Shown here: in pieces, positions 1 to 56,990 of the stretch
How the letters are laid out: every line of letters starts with the position of its first letter
Position numbering within the stretch: the first letter of the stretch is position 1
Source: Octopus vulgaris
Taxonomy: Eukaryota
Reading direction: 5' to 3'
Length of the DNA: 64,000 bases
Assembly: GCA_951406725.2 (NCBI GenBank)
Contig: OX597816.1
Location: forward strand, 94,178,001-94,242,000
Notes under the pieces: generated by a model
Databases searched by the model: none
What the model was told of the DNA's origin: nothing
What the model saw: only the letters and a program-made list of their open reading frames with translations
Made by a program: the position numbers and the translations under genes

Positions 1-6
1 GAATAC

Positions 7-55
7 CCTCACTCACTCACTCACTCACTCACTCACTCACTCACTCACTCACTCA

Positions 56-134
<79 letters not shown>
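7..134. repeat. Compound microsatellite (CACT)n(CT)n(CA)n
   Basis: Direct reading. Confidence 0.95.
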
Positions 135-135
<1 letters not shown>

Positions 136-633
136 TCTAGATGCCATACAGCACTATGATGAATTTCAACATTCTATATTTCATAGCTATAGTTTAGTAG
201 ATTGTGATTAAGTGAAGTAGAAAAAACAATACAAACCTTTAGCCGTTCAGTTAGTTGTCTGACACCTCATACGATTATCCCTTTGTAACTGTATGGGAGA
301 ACGGAAATTTCTCTTCACAAAAGGAAAATAAATTTCCTGACTTTCAAAAACAATTGAATTAAATCCAACAAAGAATAATATTAAAATACTTTATTTTTCA
401 ATTACAATTCTTGGATTGAGTTTGCAATGTTTCTAATTTCCTTAACCCTTCATTTGAATTGTATCGTCTATTTATAATAAAGAAATGATTCAGTAAAAGT
501 TCGCCCATGGAGTTCGGATATTGTATTCCTATAAAAGACAAAAATTCATAAATGTTACAGAAATTTATTAAAGATAAAATGAAACTGCTTGCTTTGGGCG
601 GTGTATAAGCCATTTCATCCTCATTTTTATCAG

Positions 634-43404
<42,771 letters not shown>

Positions 43405-43473
43405 TAGTCGAGTTTCACTGGGATACTGCGGTTACGTACCTGATGTGACAACAACATAAACAGCAATAATAAA

Positions 43474-43536
<63 letters not shown>

Positions 43537-43985
43537 TGTTTCAAATTTTAGCACAAGGCCAGAAATTTTAAGTGGAGCGGAAAGTCAATTTCATCGATCT
43601 CAGTACTTGATTGATACTGTATTTTATCGATCCCGGTGAGATTTGAACTCAGAACGTGAAGAGCCGAAGAAAAAAAGCAAGGCATTTTTTCGATGCTCTA
43701 CCGACCCTCGAAGCTAGAATAATAACAATTTTCCCCATTATTGACTACAAAGACACATACATGCATACATATAGCAATGTGTACTAACAAGTTACAATGT
43801 ATGCGTGTAGGCAGACAAATGATATAAAACGAAGGGAGAGGCAAAGACGGTATACAATATATAAGAAAAAATGGTTGAGAATATAAAAATCGATTGCGAA
43901 AAAATATAGAATAAATGAGAGAAAATATAATTAAAAAAAAATTTATATTCCATCTTGGTTAGCTCATAGAACCCCAAAACTGTAC

Positions 43986-44091
43986 CTTATTTCACTCCTT
44001 GAACAAACAAATGACACTTTTAACATCATTTGAGTTGAGTGGAGACTGAAAATTCCTATATACTCAATTTAGTGAGAACTTGCTAGGGAAC
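43986..44091 (-). promoter_or_regulatory. Possible promoter and short non-coding first exon with an RFX X-box-like site
   Basis: GTTCCCTAGCAAG on the minus strand at 44079-44091 (imperfect X-box); donor AAG|gtacag at 43986. Confidence 0.25.
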
Positions 44092-44517
44092 ATTTTCTCA
44101 ATTGTCAATGTTCTGCATGGTTATAACTATCATATCATACTAAATTCTATTCCGTGAATGCTTTCTCCCCAAACTCGTAAGACACCATTGCAATGTATTA
44201 GCTTGCACTTTTTATGTTGCATTTTGTTTGACTGTAGTTGGCATTTCTTTTTTCTCCTACAATCATATCTCTAGGTGATGAGGATGAAGCTACTGGTTAT
44301 TACGATCGGGAGACAGGGTATCAATTCGGTTTTCAGGATTGATTACAAAGTAATCTTTTGTTCCATTTCCCTAATTGTGGTAGATATTGATCTAAAAACT
44401 AGAACTCACTATTCTTGCTGTTGCCTCTGCTGCTCTATCATCTGCACTTCTCCATTGTTTTTCCAACCATTTAGGGTAAAAATATAAAAAAACACAAAGA
44501 CATTCAAGTAATTTTTA

Positions 44518-44662
44518 CTGGTAAGAAGCTTGCTTCCCAACTACATGGTTCCGGGTTCAATCCCACTGTGTGACATCTTGGGCAAGAATCTTCTACTATA
44601 ACCTCAGTGAGTGGATTTGGCAGCCGGAAACTGAAAGAACTATAAATATACATATATATATA

Positions 44663-44718
<56 letters not shown>

Positions 44719-44726
44719 TGTGTGTG

Positions 44727-44789
<63 letters not shown>

Positions 44790-45010
44790 GTATATGTGTG
44801 TGTGTGTGAGTGTGTGTGAGTGTATGTGTGTGTGTTTGGGTCTGCGTTTGTTCCCCCATCATCGTTTGACAACCCGTGTTGGTGTCTTTACGTCCCCGTA
44901 ACGTAGCGGTTCGGCATAAGGGCCCGATAGAATAAGTACCAGGCTTAAAAATAAGTACTGGGGTCGATTCATTCAACTAAAAATTCAAGGCAGAGCCCCA
45001 GCATGGCCCA
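44518..45010 (+). mobile_element. SINE family B copy
   Basis: Match to the reverse complement of 58752-59156. Confidence 0.8.
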
Positions 45011-45865
45011 TTTAGACAAGAGTGTCACCACCCAAACAAACCCTTGGGATAAATAATATCCAGAAAAAAAAAAGAAAATAAAAGAAAGGATCTGTCAATC
45101 CTTAATGAAACTAGTAGACAATCAACACTACTAAACAACAAGAAAAGAAGAAAAATTCTACGTAAATACAAAATTACAGAACAAGGTACACTCGAGATAA
45201 AAGAACAGCTAAAGCAAGATATCCATGCCAAAGTACAAAGAATCAGCCGATATGAGAAACGCCAAAGTTTCTTTGAACAAAACAAACATTTCAACTCCAA
45301 CCCCAGAAGATTCTACCAAGAACTTGGCAAAAATAAAATAGAGATCAATGCAGCACCGACAGCAGAAGTGGAAGAATTTTAGAAAGAAATATGGTCGACG
45401 AAGAAACAACCTTAGAAAATATCTATCAAAATAATAAACACAGTACCTGAACAACTCAGGCTCCTATAACAACTGAACAGATTGACCTGGCTCTGCAAAA
45501 GCTACGCAAGTGGAAGGCACCCGGGTACGACAAGATCCCCAACTTCTGGTTAAAATATCTGACCGGAATACCTAAAACGCTGGCTGAGAAGTTTAAAGCA
45601 TTATACTTGCAGAGCAGAAACAATGCCTAAATAACTCAAGGAAGGGGAAACTATGGTGATACCCAAATCCACTGAAACGGCAAACCCAGAAAATTACAGA
45701 CCGATATCTTATCTCACTACAATCTACAAAGCCTTGACTGCAATAATATCGCAGAGAATGAGCAAACACCTGAAGAAAAAAAATCCACCTGTTTCTAGAA
45801 AAGAAGGGATGCTGCAAGGGCTCATGCGGCTGTAAAGATCAGCTACTGATCCATAAAGCCATAGC
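45010..45865 (+). mobile_element. R4/Dong-like LINE internal fragment
   Basis: WKAPGYDKIPNFWLKY, PENYRPISYL; similar to 24484-25010. Confidence 0.85.
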
Positions 45866-45889
45866 CATATTGACACTTGAGGATTAGAA

Positions 45890-46362
45890 GTCTCGTGGCT
45901 TTTGATCTTAACTGATTGGAAGTCTTATCATGTACATTGTTTTGTCTTTGTATAAAAGATGGGCTACAGCAAATATTCTGCTCAATACCACAGATTTGCT
46001 TGTCTGTTGTTTAACTTTAACTAGTCGAGCATGTCTCTTAGTGGCTGACGATATGTGCATCTCTGACCACGAGCAGAAGTAGTGGGGAGCTTCATAGACA
46101 TGTGTTGAGAGGAATTCTTTGGTGGTTTGGATAATTCACCTCTGGAAACAGATCTTTTGTTCATCATCCGTAAAACAAACATTCAGAGACCTCTTGAGTA
46201 GAATGGGTTACTCGACCTGAAGAAAATTCTAACTGGGCCCTACCTGCAAAGTCATTCGCTGTTTATCTTGATATGAGATCACGGGTAATCATTATGGGTA
46301 TATTAGGCTTCCCATATTTGTACTCCAGTGTCACTTTGATGGCATGCACTGCTCTCTCACTC
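45890..46362 (+). mobile_element. Second copy of the AAT-associated interspersed repeat
   Basis: Reverse complement matches 9542-10050; followed by (AAT)n. Confidence 0.75.
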
Positions 46363-46451
46363 AATAATGATAATAATAATAATAATAATTATTATTATTA
46401 TTATTATTGCTGTTGTTGTTGTTGTTGTTGTTGTTGTTATTATTATTATTA

Positions 46452-46674
46452 TTCCATTTCTTGCCGAGTGTCTTCCCGACTCCTAGGGCAAAGAAATTCA
46501 TAGTATACATTGGTAGACCATTAAACTAAACTCACTAGTTCGTTCATTTTTTTTAAAGTTAAATTAAAATACATGGGTAGTAATAGTTCTCACATCGACA
46601 ATGCTCTTCTCAATACGTGCGATGTACCAGTTAAGACAATCTTTTGCACTTCTTGCAGGGATGGTAAGCCAGGG

Positions 46675-46676
<2 letters not shown>
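46452..46676 (-). mobile_element. R4/Dong-like LINE 3' end
   Basis: IPGLPSLQEVQKIVLTGTSHVLRRALSM*, between (ATT)n tracts. Confidence 0.8.
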
Positions 46677-46733
<57 letters not shown>

Positions 46734-46741
46734 TATTATTT

Positions 46742-46952
46742 CTACTCTAGGCACAAGGCCTTGAAAATTTTAGGTGTAGGGAGCTAGTGGATCATATTGC
46801 CTCTAGTGCATAACTGGTACTATTTCATCGATCCCAAAAGGATGAAAGGCAAAGTCAACATCGGCGGAATTTGAACACAGAACGTAAAGACGAACGAAAT
46901 ATCGCTAAGCATTTTGCCCGGCGTGCTAACGATTCTGCCAGCTTGCTGCCTT
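46742..46952 (-). mobile_element. SINE family A copy
   Basis: Reverse-complement match to 47647-47800. Confidence 0.8.
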
Positions 46953-47235
46953 AGTTGTGTAGTTTTCCAGCTGCGAGGGATCACTGCAGGATGTGTCGAA
47001 ACGATCGTTGTGAGCAATACAGTTTATCATGTATTCTATTTTCCGTCTCTGTCACTTGTTTTATACATACCTACATACATGCATACATACACACATACAT
47101 ACATACATAAATACATACATATATACATATGTAGGTATGTACATATATGTATGTATATATGCATATATTTATATATTATTTATATTATTATATGGTCGAA
47201 CGTCACGCATCCTTTTCCAAGTAAGTTTATCTTTC

Positions 47236-47279
<44 letters not shown>

Positions 47280-47646
47280 ATGCACACACATACACACACA
47301 TATAGAGAAGGGGAGACATATATTTATAAATACATATATACATACATATTTGTTTATACAGGAACAGTTTTAAGCATGCACACAACTACAAGTGAAGACA
47401 CGACTCGATTTGAGTTTTTTTTTTAACAATTGTTTTAATACAAGTTCTTTTTTGTTTAGTTTACAACAATACTTTTTGTTAATCAATAAACGTTCCTGGA
47501 CCGATTTTATATAGGAATATTAATAAGCTCAGCAAGCATATTGTTCATATAAACACAGACAGCTAATATGAAAATACGGAAAGAAAAAATCATTAAAGAG
47601 AGATATGAAAAATCATTGATGTGTATTTGTATATGTGTGTGTATAC

Positions 47647-47880
47647 GGCGGCGAGCTGACAGAAACGTTAGCACGCCGGGCGAAATGCTTAGCAGTATTT
47701 CGCCTGCCGTTACGTTCTGAGTTCAAATTCCGCCGAGGTCGACTTTGCCTTTCATCCTTTCGGGGTTCGATATATTAAGTACCAGTTACGCACTGGGTTT
47801 GATGTAATCGACTTATTCTGTTTGTCTGTCCTTGTTTGTCCCCTCTGTGTTTAGCCCCTTGTGGGTAGTAAAGAAATAGG
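47647..47880 (+). mobile_element. tRNA-derived SINE family A, best copy (others at ~6740, 11348, 15490, 16210, 16385, 16590, 22335, 27545, 36650, 37630, 43540, 46742, 61915)
   Basis: GGCGAGCTG.CAGAA.CGTTAGC head, B-box GAGTTCAAATTCC, conserved GACTTTGCCTTTCATCCTTTCGGGGTCGAT. Confidence 0.85.
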
Positions 47881-48559
47881 TATATGTGTGTATACAAGTT
47901 TGCATGCGTGCGTGTGTGTGTGTGTGTTTGTGTGTGTGTGTGAGAGAGAGAGAGAGAGTGTGTGTGTGGATGTATGTGCGTATATACATGTACGGATATG
48001 CATAATATGTGTGTACGTTCGTATGTTTTTGTGTGTATATACCAATATGGCGCAACCTCGCTTTCAGACATAACTTGAGGGAAACATGACTACAATTATC
48101 TAAGTTTTTCAAATTTATTTCCCCTTTCAATACTTTATTTTACCATTGTATTTATACATTTTGCCAAAACGTCTACATTTTTAATGGATCAAAACTTCTC
48201 GCCTTAGTTTAAATACATCTTCGGGTTTACTGTCGATGTTGCTGTTGCTGTTGTTGTTGTTGTTGTTGCTGGTGGTGGTGGTGGTGGTGGTGGTGGTGGT
48301 GGTGGTGGTGGTGGCTTTATAGTTTTAGCCCCCAGGTTATCTGATTGAGTAATCCTATAACCAAAATTATTACATCTTTTATATTCTGATACAGTTTTTC
48401 TACACCCACATTATTCAATATATACGTCTGTTTTGTAAGCAAGTTGCATGTGGTGTGTGAGAGAGATTTTGCTGACAAATTTAACAGAACGAACGTTCAT
48501 GAAGCGGTTTCTTCATTGCCTCAAATTTATGATAGTACTTGCTATTATACAACAAACTT

Positions 48560-49585
48560 GCATCCCAACCACATGGTAGTTGGGCTAGTGTCTTCTGCAA
48601 TAACCTCGGGCGTATAAGCAACATTGCGTCGAGGAAGATGTGGAAGACGATGCAAGACAATACCGTTTTGATTAGAAATAGCATGAAGAATACAAGAAAA
48701 ACCAGTAAAGACCTTCAGAGAGATTTGGCTACAGCTAGTGTAAATTTTTCGTCTTCAATTATCCGACGAAGGCGCCATGAATCTGGCAGACCTGCTAGAA
48801 AGCCGGTAGATAAACATTTATTGACTGCTGTTATGAAAAGAAAACGTCTGCGCTGGACACGCGATCATGCTGGTTGGAAGGCATAAGATTGGAAAAAAGT
48901 AATATATTGGATGAATCGCATTTTGAGTGTATGGGTACAGCTCAGTGGTAGTGAGACAAAGAAAAGGTGAGCTTCATCGGCTATGGCACATTCAACAAGC
49001 GCCAAAACACGTACCTAAGGTATTGTTTTGGGGTTGTTTTATTGCTGAATGTCCGGGACAGCTTATTAATGTCGAGGAAATGATGAATAGCGATAAAAAC
49101 AAGGTGATCTTACAGGCTCACTTGTTTCTCGTGATGCAAAGGGATTTTCCTGATGGAAATGGCATTTTCCAGCAGGATCTCGCTCCGTGACATACTTCCA
49201 GAAAAATGCGCATATTCTTCAGAGAAAATGAAATAAGCGTCCTCGATTGGCCCGGACACTCTCGTGAAGTCAACCCCATTGTAAACTTATGGACTATATT
49301 GCAAACACAGAATCGAAAAAAAAAAAACGATTGTTTGATGATGGAGAAGCTAATCTGTGCTGTTATTAGGGCTTGGTACCATGACGGAAACCTGGAAAAA
49401 ATGTGTCCAACATTGGTGGATTCTGTGCCAAACCTTGTGAAGATGCTTATACATGCAAACAGTGGCCATATTTCATTTTAAATATATCATCGCTCATATA
49501 ATTACCACGTGTTTTCAGAATAAATATCAGTTTAATAAATAATAGTATTATTTCATCACTGCCCGGATTAATTTGCACAGTACTG
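48560..49585 (+). mobile_element. Tc1-like transposon 3' part, decayed DD34E transposase
   Basis: RPARKP, DESHF, VLFWGCF, FQQDLAP, LDWPGHSREVNPIVNLW; ends CAGTACTG|TA. Confidence 0.88.
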
Positions 49586-49837
49586 TAAGTATGTCTATGT
49601 TTGTCCCCCATTACCGCTTGACAACTGGTGTTAATGTGGTCACATCCTCCGTAACTTAGCGGTTCGGCAAAAGAGAGCGATAGAATAAGTACTAGGTTTC
49701 ACAAAATAAATCCTGGGGTCGATTGTGCCCCAGCATGGCTGCAGTCAAATGACCGAAACTAGTAAAATATAAAAGATAAAAGATACATACATACATACAT
49801 ACATACATACATACATACATACATACATACATACATA

Positions 49838-51085
49838 CGAGGTGGTATCAAAAGGTTCCCCGACTAGTTATGCTTAATAAAGAAATAACTTATTTACTCT
49901 TTTATTTGTATCAGTCATTTGGCAGCGCCCATGCTGGATCACTGCCTTTATTCTAACCAATGGACCCCAGGAATTATTCTAACCAATGGACCCCAGGAAT
50001 AAGTCTAGTACTTATTCTATCGGTCTCTTTTGGCGAACTGCTAAGTTACGTGGACGTAAACACACCAACATCGATTGTCAAGTGACAGTTGGAGACAAAC
50101 ACAGACACACAAACACACACATATACAACGAGCTTCTTTCTGTTTCCATCTACCAAATCAACTCACAAGGCGTTGGTTGACCCGAAGCTATAGCAGAAGA
50201 TACTTGCCCAAGGTGTCGCGCAGTAGGACTGAGCCTGGAACCATGTGGTCGGGAAACAAGCTTCTCTATTTCAAGATTTTGCCATAAAGGCATTACACAG
50301 AGGGAGAAGCTTGCGGCTGGACATAAACATTAATGAGATAAATGATGAAAAGAATGATATTAATGAGAGAAGACAAAAGAAGCTCGCCGATCTTTTGCTT
50401 CTCTAAAACACTGTTCTTTTTCCCTTTTTTCTTTTTTTAAAAACATTTCATGACTTATTACATAATAATAACAGACAAAACATAAATCATAAATTGAGGC
50501 GCTAAGTCTCTTATCGATCATCCCCGATCAAATCTCTTGCTGCCTGCAGGCAATCCCGCAGCAGCAAGTCGGGGACCCAGAAAAGATAGTTATACTCTTC
50601 CTTCGAAAAGTAATAAATTACTTTATAAAAGTAATTCCCATCCATGACCTCCGCAGCCATCTGCGGAGGCCAGTATGGACTATCCATGCAGGTCGGGACC
50701 ACCAGTTCCCGACCTTCAAAACTATCCACAAAGTTCTCTACGGCCCCTCCCTTGAGATAGAAAACCACATATTCTTCCTTAGTTTCGCTGGGAGGGGCCA
50801 CAACCTCCTCCGCCGGTGGCACAATTCCCACCGACAAAGTTTCGGGACATGCCGTCAGAGCATTGCAAACCGCCGGCACTGTCCCATTCTTCTTACCACA
50901 CAATCTCCTTCGAAATAGTCACCTTGCACAGCAACACACCGGTCCCAGCGTTCCTGCTACTTTTGAAATCCGGCCTGGAAATTGTTTTTCGAAAGCGAGT
51001 CGGGGACATTCGACGATTCGCTCTGGACCTCGACAACGGTGTTAAAACGGTGACCTTTCAGCTGTATTTTCATCTTGGAGAAGTA
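49838..51085 (-). mobile_element. Fragmented mariner (same family as 38920) interrupted by a SINE and a retroposed ORF
   Basis: TIR cgaggtggtatcaaaaggttcc at 49838; 50895-51080 matches 38990-39345. Confidence 0.7.
50440..50890 (-). mobile_element. Retroposed GC-rich ORF fragment with A-rich tail, unknown origin
   Basis: Open 130-aa ORF 50511-50903, short UTR, A-rich tail near 50415-50440; inserted in a mariner. Confidence 0.45.
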
Positions 51086-51557
51086 ACTTAATTATTTCTT
51101 TCAAGAATATGTTTCTCTACAAAAGAGTTAAGCCATACATATATGTATGTGTATGTATGTATGTATGTATGTATGTATGTATGTATGTATGTATGTATGT
51201 ATGTATGTATGTATGTATGTATGTATGTATAACTCATAGGGTGCGTGCAGGAGAGCGAGAATCCAGTCCATTCTTAATAGTTTTGGCAAATTCGATTGCA
51301 AATACCTGATCACTGTTGTATTCGATCATCGGTGAATACCTCTTCGTTTTAGACAGATAATGTGTGTGTGTGTTCATAGCACACGCGATTCACTGGTGTA
51401 AGGGAACTGTTATAGACTTGGGTAATAGATAAATACACCAGCAACTCAACCAAGCTTGCCGGTTGATGGTGATAAGTTCTGGACTCCATGGGTGAGGTAA
51501 AAAAAAACCTATTTTGAGAGAGTTTGCGGTATCTTATGATAAGCATATATACATTTG

Positions 51558-51668
<111 letters not shown>

Positions 51669-52139
51669 GTATGTATATGCACATGGAAGAAGGATAGTTT
51701 TAACTGAAACCTGCGATAGTTGTTGTCAGGTGTCATTTTTGTTTTGTGTTGTTTTTCGTTTTTGCTTGTAGCTAGCCTAACGCCTTCAAGCGTTTAGAGA
51801 TTAGCACTCGTGCCATGCAAATGTCTACTAGATTGAAATTTGACGTGTGAGGACTTTCTGCATTTTTTTCTCTTCCTATACAAGTCAAAAAAAACATTCT
51901 TGAAAGTACAGATAGCTGACCTTTTGTTGCAGAGTTCAGAATGTATCTCATGCATCAGCGACAATGAAATACCAGCATTTCCACATTTCTCTTCCACCTA
52001 AACTACACTTTCACATGGAAGTGTAATGTAAGAGGAAGCTAACATGATTATCAGATAGCAAAACGTTGAAACATCTGTTGAAATATTATAGGTATCTGAG
52101 AGATGGAGTCTTGATCTTACCAGTCTGTTGTATGTCCTC

Positions 52140-53070
52140 GTAGTCATGAGAGGTAATATAGCTTAACGGGAAAGAGGAACAGAGTGCAAAAGGTAACCAT
52201 ACATGATAGCGAGTCGACACAACTGTAGAAGGCAGGCCATTATTGTAGCAGAGAGAAGAATTTTTGGGACGGATGTGTATCTGTGAATGATTTTATGCAA
52301 TCCAGTCGGGGGAACCTTTTCTGGATGTTGTTCAGGATGTCTGTATGTGCAGCAGCAACACTGTCCCAGTTATACGAACACTACTCCATTGTGGGCATCT
52401 CCTGACCATAATACTTATGCATTGATTTTTAAAGAATAAAAATCAATGATTTTTCTTTCTGTGAAAATATGTTTCTTTGTTAAAGTTTTACGTCATCAGG
52501 AAATATACTAAATTTCTGATGTTTCGTGAATTCCTACAATGATAACATGAGCTCCGACAGCAATAACATTTTATTTGTTAAACTGCCCAAGCTTTTCTGA
52601 TACAATTCTATTGCTAATGATCACAAACGACTGGTCTTTCTCTTCAGAGTCTAAAGATATTCAGCCACCACCAGTTTTTGGTATTATACAAAGCCAGGTG
52701 AGGCCCGCATGAAATACTACTCTTACAGCCGAGAGACTACTACTACTGCACATACAAGCATTCCAAACTGCATCCATTAAAGTCTCACCCTTACTAATCT
52801 TATTGGCATAAAGTCACTCACAAACATGTCTCGGTTTCTGATCCAGAATTGTTATGTATCCTCTCCCTGTTTATCTACTATATCTATAAGGACCTCTGAT
52901 CATCTGATCTGGTTGAGCTCAAGCTACCTTCATTCATACATCCTCACCTGACGTATTTCATCATCATTATTGTGTCCAACCCCATCCCCGTAGGCACCAT
53001 ATTAAACAATAAATCCAGTACTTTTCTCTCAGAATGTAGGCACGCTGGAATTACCTTCCTGTTCATATCT
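52140..53070. mobile_element. Two CR1-like LINE 3' fragments in inverted orientation (~52140-52410 minus; ~52590-53070 plus)
   Basis: PTME*CSYNWDSVAAAHTDILNNIQK on minus; homologous LYKA... segment on plus. Confidence 0.6.
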
Positions 53071-54649
53071 TTTTTTGTATGTGTTTAGAAGCAGAAAGTC
53101 AAGAGGTACATTAATGGTATAAATCACATCAGTCTACAGGGTGGAGGCGGTGGTATGATAACTGTAGGGGCTGCGACGACTAAGGGTACTACCGCTTCCT
53201 CTAGACCCAGCAAGTAAAAAAAATGTGTTAAAGTTAGTCTACACTTCATTATACACGAATCAGCAGCTTGCTAAAACATACATATAAGAGATGTGTAAAC
53301 CATTCATTATCTTGAGAAGTTAAATCGTAAATCAATAGAACAAATAACAAAGCAATAACGTGGGCTAGAATATATACATGACAAAACTGATAGCAATGTT
53401 GGTAACCAACAAACATGTCTTCATATAAGTAGCACGATCAATTTTTCTATTCAATAATGAACTTGTTGACTAGTTTTTCGGAACCATCCATCATTCCTGT
53501 TGCATCATATCATTTTACGCAGCCATCCTCCGTTCTAACCTATCATGATGAACTCCTTGAAAAGATACCTGATAATTAAAAGAGTGTACTACTCTTGCCG
53601 AAAACGAGGTAATAACCGTGATGAAAAGAGAACCTAAGAATTATATACTATAGGAATAGAATAGAAGTTAATACTTGATCGATAAAAGAAATGGGAGTTA
53701 CATATATGCTAAAATCTGAGAGTCGTAACTGGACGCGGTTTGTATTCTGTCATCAGTATTTAACTGCGTTGATGACAAAAATACTTAATTCTTCAATGAT
53801 CTAGAGTATCTAAAAGCAAATAAGTATCACTGGCTGCACAGCCAACTACAATAGAATCTGTACATTGTTCTGAGTATGAAGCAACTCAACTCGTTTGAAT
53901 CTGTAAAGATTTCCTGTTTACAATTGCTAAGATTAGACCACTAAAATGGCTACCTCTAACATAGGCACAAGACCCGAAATATGGGAGAGTGAAGTCGAAC
54001 ATAATAAATCAAACGAATGAAAAATAAGTTAGTCTAAGTAATTTTGTCCTAGCTCTAACGGTTTTTCTCATTCACTCGTTTAGATTTCTAAAATGATAAT
54101 TTCCTATGTGTCATTGTTTAACCCAAGTTCAGCACTAATCAAACAGTTATGATTAAAAAGTGTTCCAGCTGTGACTCTTGTCGTTTACCTTATTGTATAT
54201 CTAGAACTACATTATATTTTGTGTCCATCCTTATTAAGATGCTAATGTGTGAACTGAAACAATATGAATGCTAATTCTAGCAGGTTGAGTGACTGCATAG
54301 AAGACCCACCTCATCGCATTTGCTCACCATCTCTCTCATAGACCACAACAGTGTAGATTATAGTTGATTGAATTTCCTCACTATGTTTCATCAACACTTA
54401 ATGATATAATGACAAAGTCGATTTGAACACAGGTGTGAATTAAATACTGCAAGCCACCAAGTTCTGAACTTTCATGAAATCTTAATGATTACTATTAATT
54501 TCAATGTCTTAAATTGATTCAAGGTACAAAATTTGCAGCTGGGGGTCAGCATAATCGATTAAATCAAACCTTGTACAATATTGATACGGATTTTTAGCAA
54601 AAGTAGAGGGTAAATAGCTAACTTTAGCATTTCAGGGATTTCATCCCAC

Positions 54650-56990
54650 ACAGTTCTTTCATTATCGCTTAGTCAAGAGGGAAGGGTAAATTCCCATTTA
54701 GTATGGCAAGATGTATGTATGCAATAATCACAGACTTAACTAGATGAGATATGACTGAAAGTAATAAAAATATTCCCCTAGAGGCAGAAACATCCGAAAG
54801 TATAAATGATCTTAATGCCATTATTAAGGCAAATAGAAATATTTCATTTATAGTCACCCACAATTCCAGAAATCTCAAAGTATTGCATTCTTCCAGTACA
54901 TCATCAGTCAATAAATCTGAGTAAAACCATTAAAGAAAAGTCACAATTTATTAACAGCCAAAGACAACCACCTAATCTTAAGAGACCCAACACAATGTGA
55001 AGACAGTTGAGGAAACAACAAATCAAGGATCCATAAGTTAGAGCTGGTCCATACAGTGAACATCTAGATAGTTATGTGAATAAGAAATTCAAAATACTCT
55101 TTTTTTTTCGAATAAAAGAAGGAAAATAGCAATTGCCACATGTAAATGAAAAAACTTTCTAAGGAATTTCAATCCGAATCTAAACCGGAAATAGAGATAG
55201 CCGCTACATAACACAAATGCGGATAACAACATAGAAATGCTTTAATGCCACGTATGCATTTGAAAAGCTGAAGGCAGCAAATGTTCACATGCAAAAAAAA
55301 TCTTCATTCAGATGGTTATAAATAGTTTTTGAGGATAATTAATTTTTTAACTATATATATACTCACACAAGACACACATACACACACAAGTACACGCACA
55401 CGCACACGCACACATATGAATATATATACATATATATATATGCTTCTGTAAGTGTGCATATATATATATATGCACACACACTTACATGTATATATATTTG
55501 TATACGCATACACATAAATAAACGCAAATTTTGTGGGAGTTTGGTTTTGGGATGTGTGTGTGTGTGTGTGTATGTGTGAATTTGTGTATACTCATGTATA
55601 TATTCAAAACCACAAGATCTACGCTCAATATTTGGTAAGAAAATAATCCTGATTTAAAAGTTACTTTGGACCCAAATAGATTATTTGATAAAATGCTCAC
55701 CAAAATCACAAAGGTATCAGAGATAAAAAGAAAAAAACAAAAAGAATTAGAAGAAAGAATACAGGTCGAAAACAAGCAATAAGCAAACAGACATCCAAAC
55801 AATAAGCACTAAAACAAAACATAAGAACGTAAACCACGAAAATAGACTTGACATGTGCAAAACATAAAAAGTAAGCAACAAACACCAATAAAATCAAATT
55901 CTAGAAGTACTACAATATACAGAAACATATAATCCGAACTAGTATGAGACAAAAAGAATGTTGATAAAACATCATCGAATATACATCAGTTTTTAAAATA
56001 GGTATATTTAAAAATGATTGTAATTTAATGATGGGAATTCTGGATATATGTTAAATATGATAGGTTAAGTATTGAAATAATTAATGAAATGAATCCATAG
56101 TTATTTATATGGACCATCTTCCCAAGGAAGATAAAATAGCAAAAGAGATGAAAAAAATTATAGACTGGTCATCAAAGACTTTATGATTACCGACACAGCA
56201 CATCAATATCTCCAGGATAAATCAAATAAATGATGCATCAACAGTAGAAGTTACAAAAGGAAAATGGATACTCTCTCACTCCTACTCATATAGATCTTAT
56301 ATAGATTAAACAACACTGAAAATTAACAAAGAAGAAAATCAAATGAAGTGAAAATGTCTCTTAATCCTTGATGAAATCAATAATGAAACGATACAACCAA
56401 AAAGATACGCGAAGCAAATGTAAAATTACAACAAAGCAACAGCAAAAAATGAAATGGAATAGAAACATTCTGGCATATCATTACGAAATACTCCATCCTG
56501 TCTCATCCCCCGGTAAAAGAGATAATACAAATATGCATCGGAAACGGTCTCAGAGCGTATCAAAGCAACAACACTCTGAAATATGAATATCCAGATATAA
56601 AGACCATCGTTAATCGGCCAGATATTATTGACAAGGATAAGCGGAAAAGGATGTGTCTCTTAATGTCAGTTTCAGTTTCAACAGGTTATATATCTCTAAA
56701 AGAAGTGGAGAAATTATCCAAATGAAAAGATTTGGAAAGAGAAATAATATGACTGTGGAAACTGAAAACAAAAATAAGCTCTATCATAATGGATGGCGTG
56801 GAAATGATCATAAATATGCAAATAGTTAAAATTCCCTGAATTTACAAATATCTACAACATTGAAAAAATAGCACAAATAGGCACATCATACAAACTACTT
56901 CGAGTTCATTCGATACAGTTGAAAACACATACGCCCGGCGCAAAGAGTTGCACTCTGCAGTACAGTGAAAGCAATGGGAAAAATGATAAT
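54650..56990 (+). mobile_element. Heavily decayed R4/Dong-like LINE with insertions
   Basis: Remnants RPDII, KEVEKLSK, and a 3' UTR like that at 26960-27060. Confidence 0.6.

Noticed and set aside
47647-47740. tRNA gene
   Set aside because: A/B-box head continues into a multi-copy SINE body; no proper cloverleaf.
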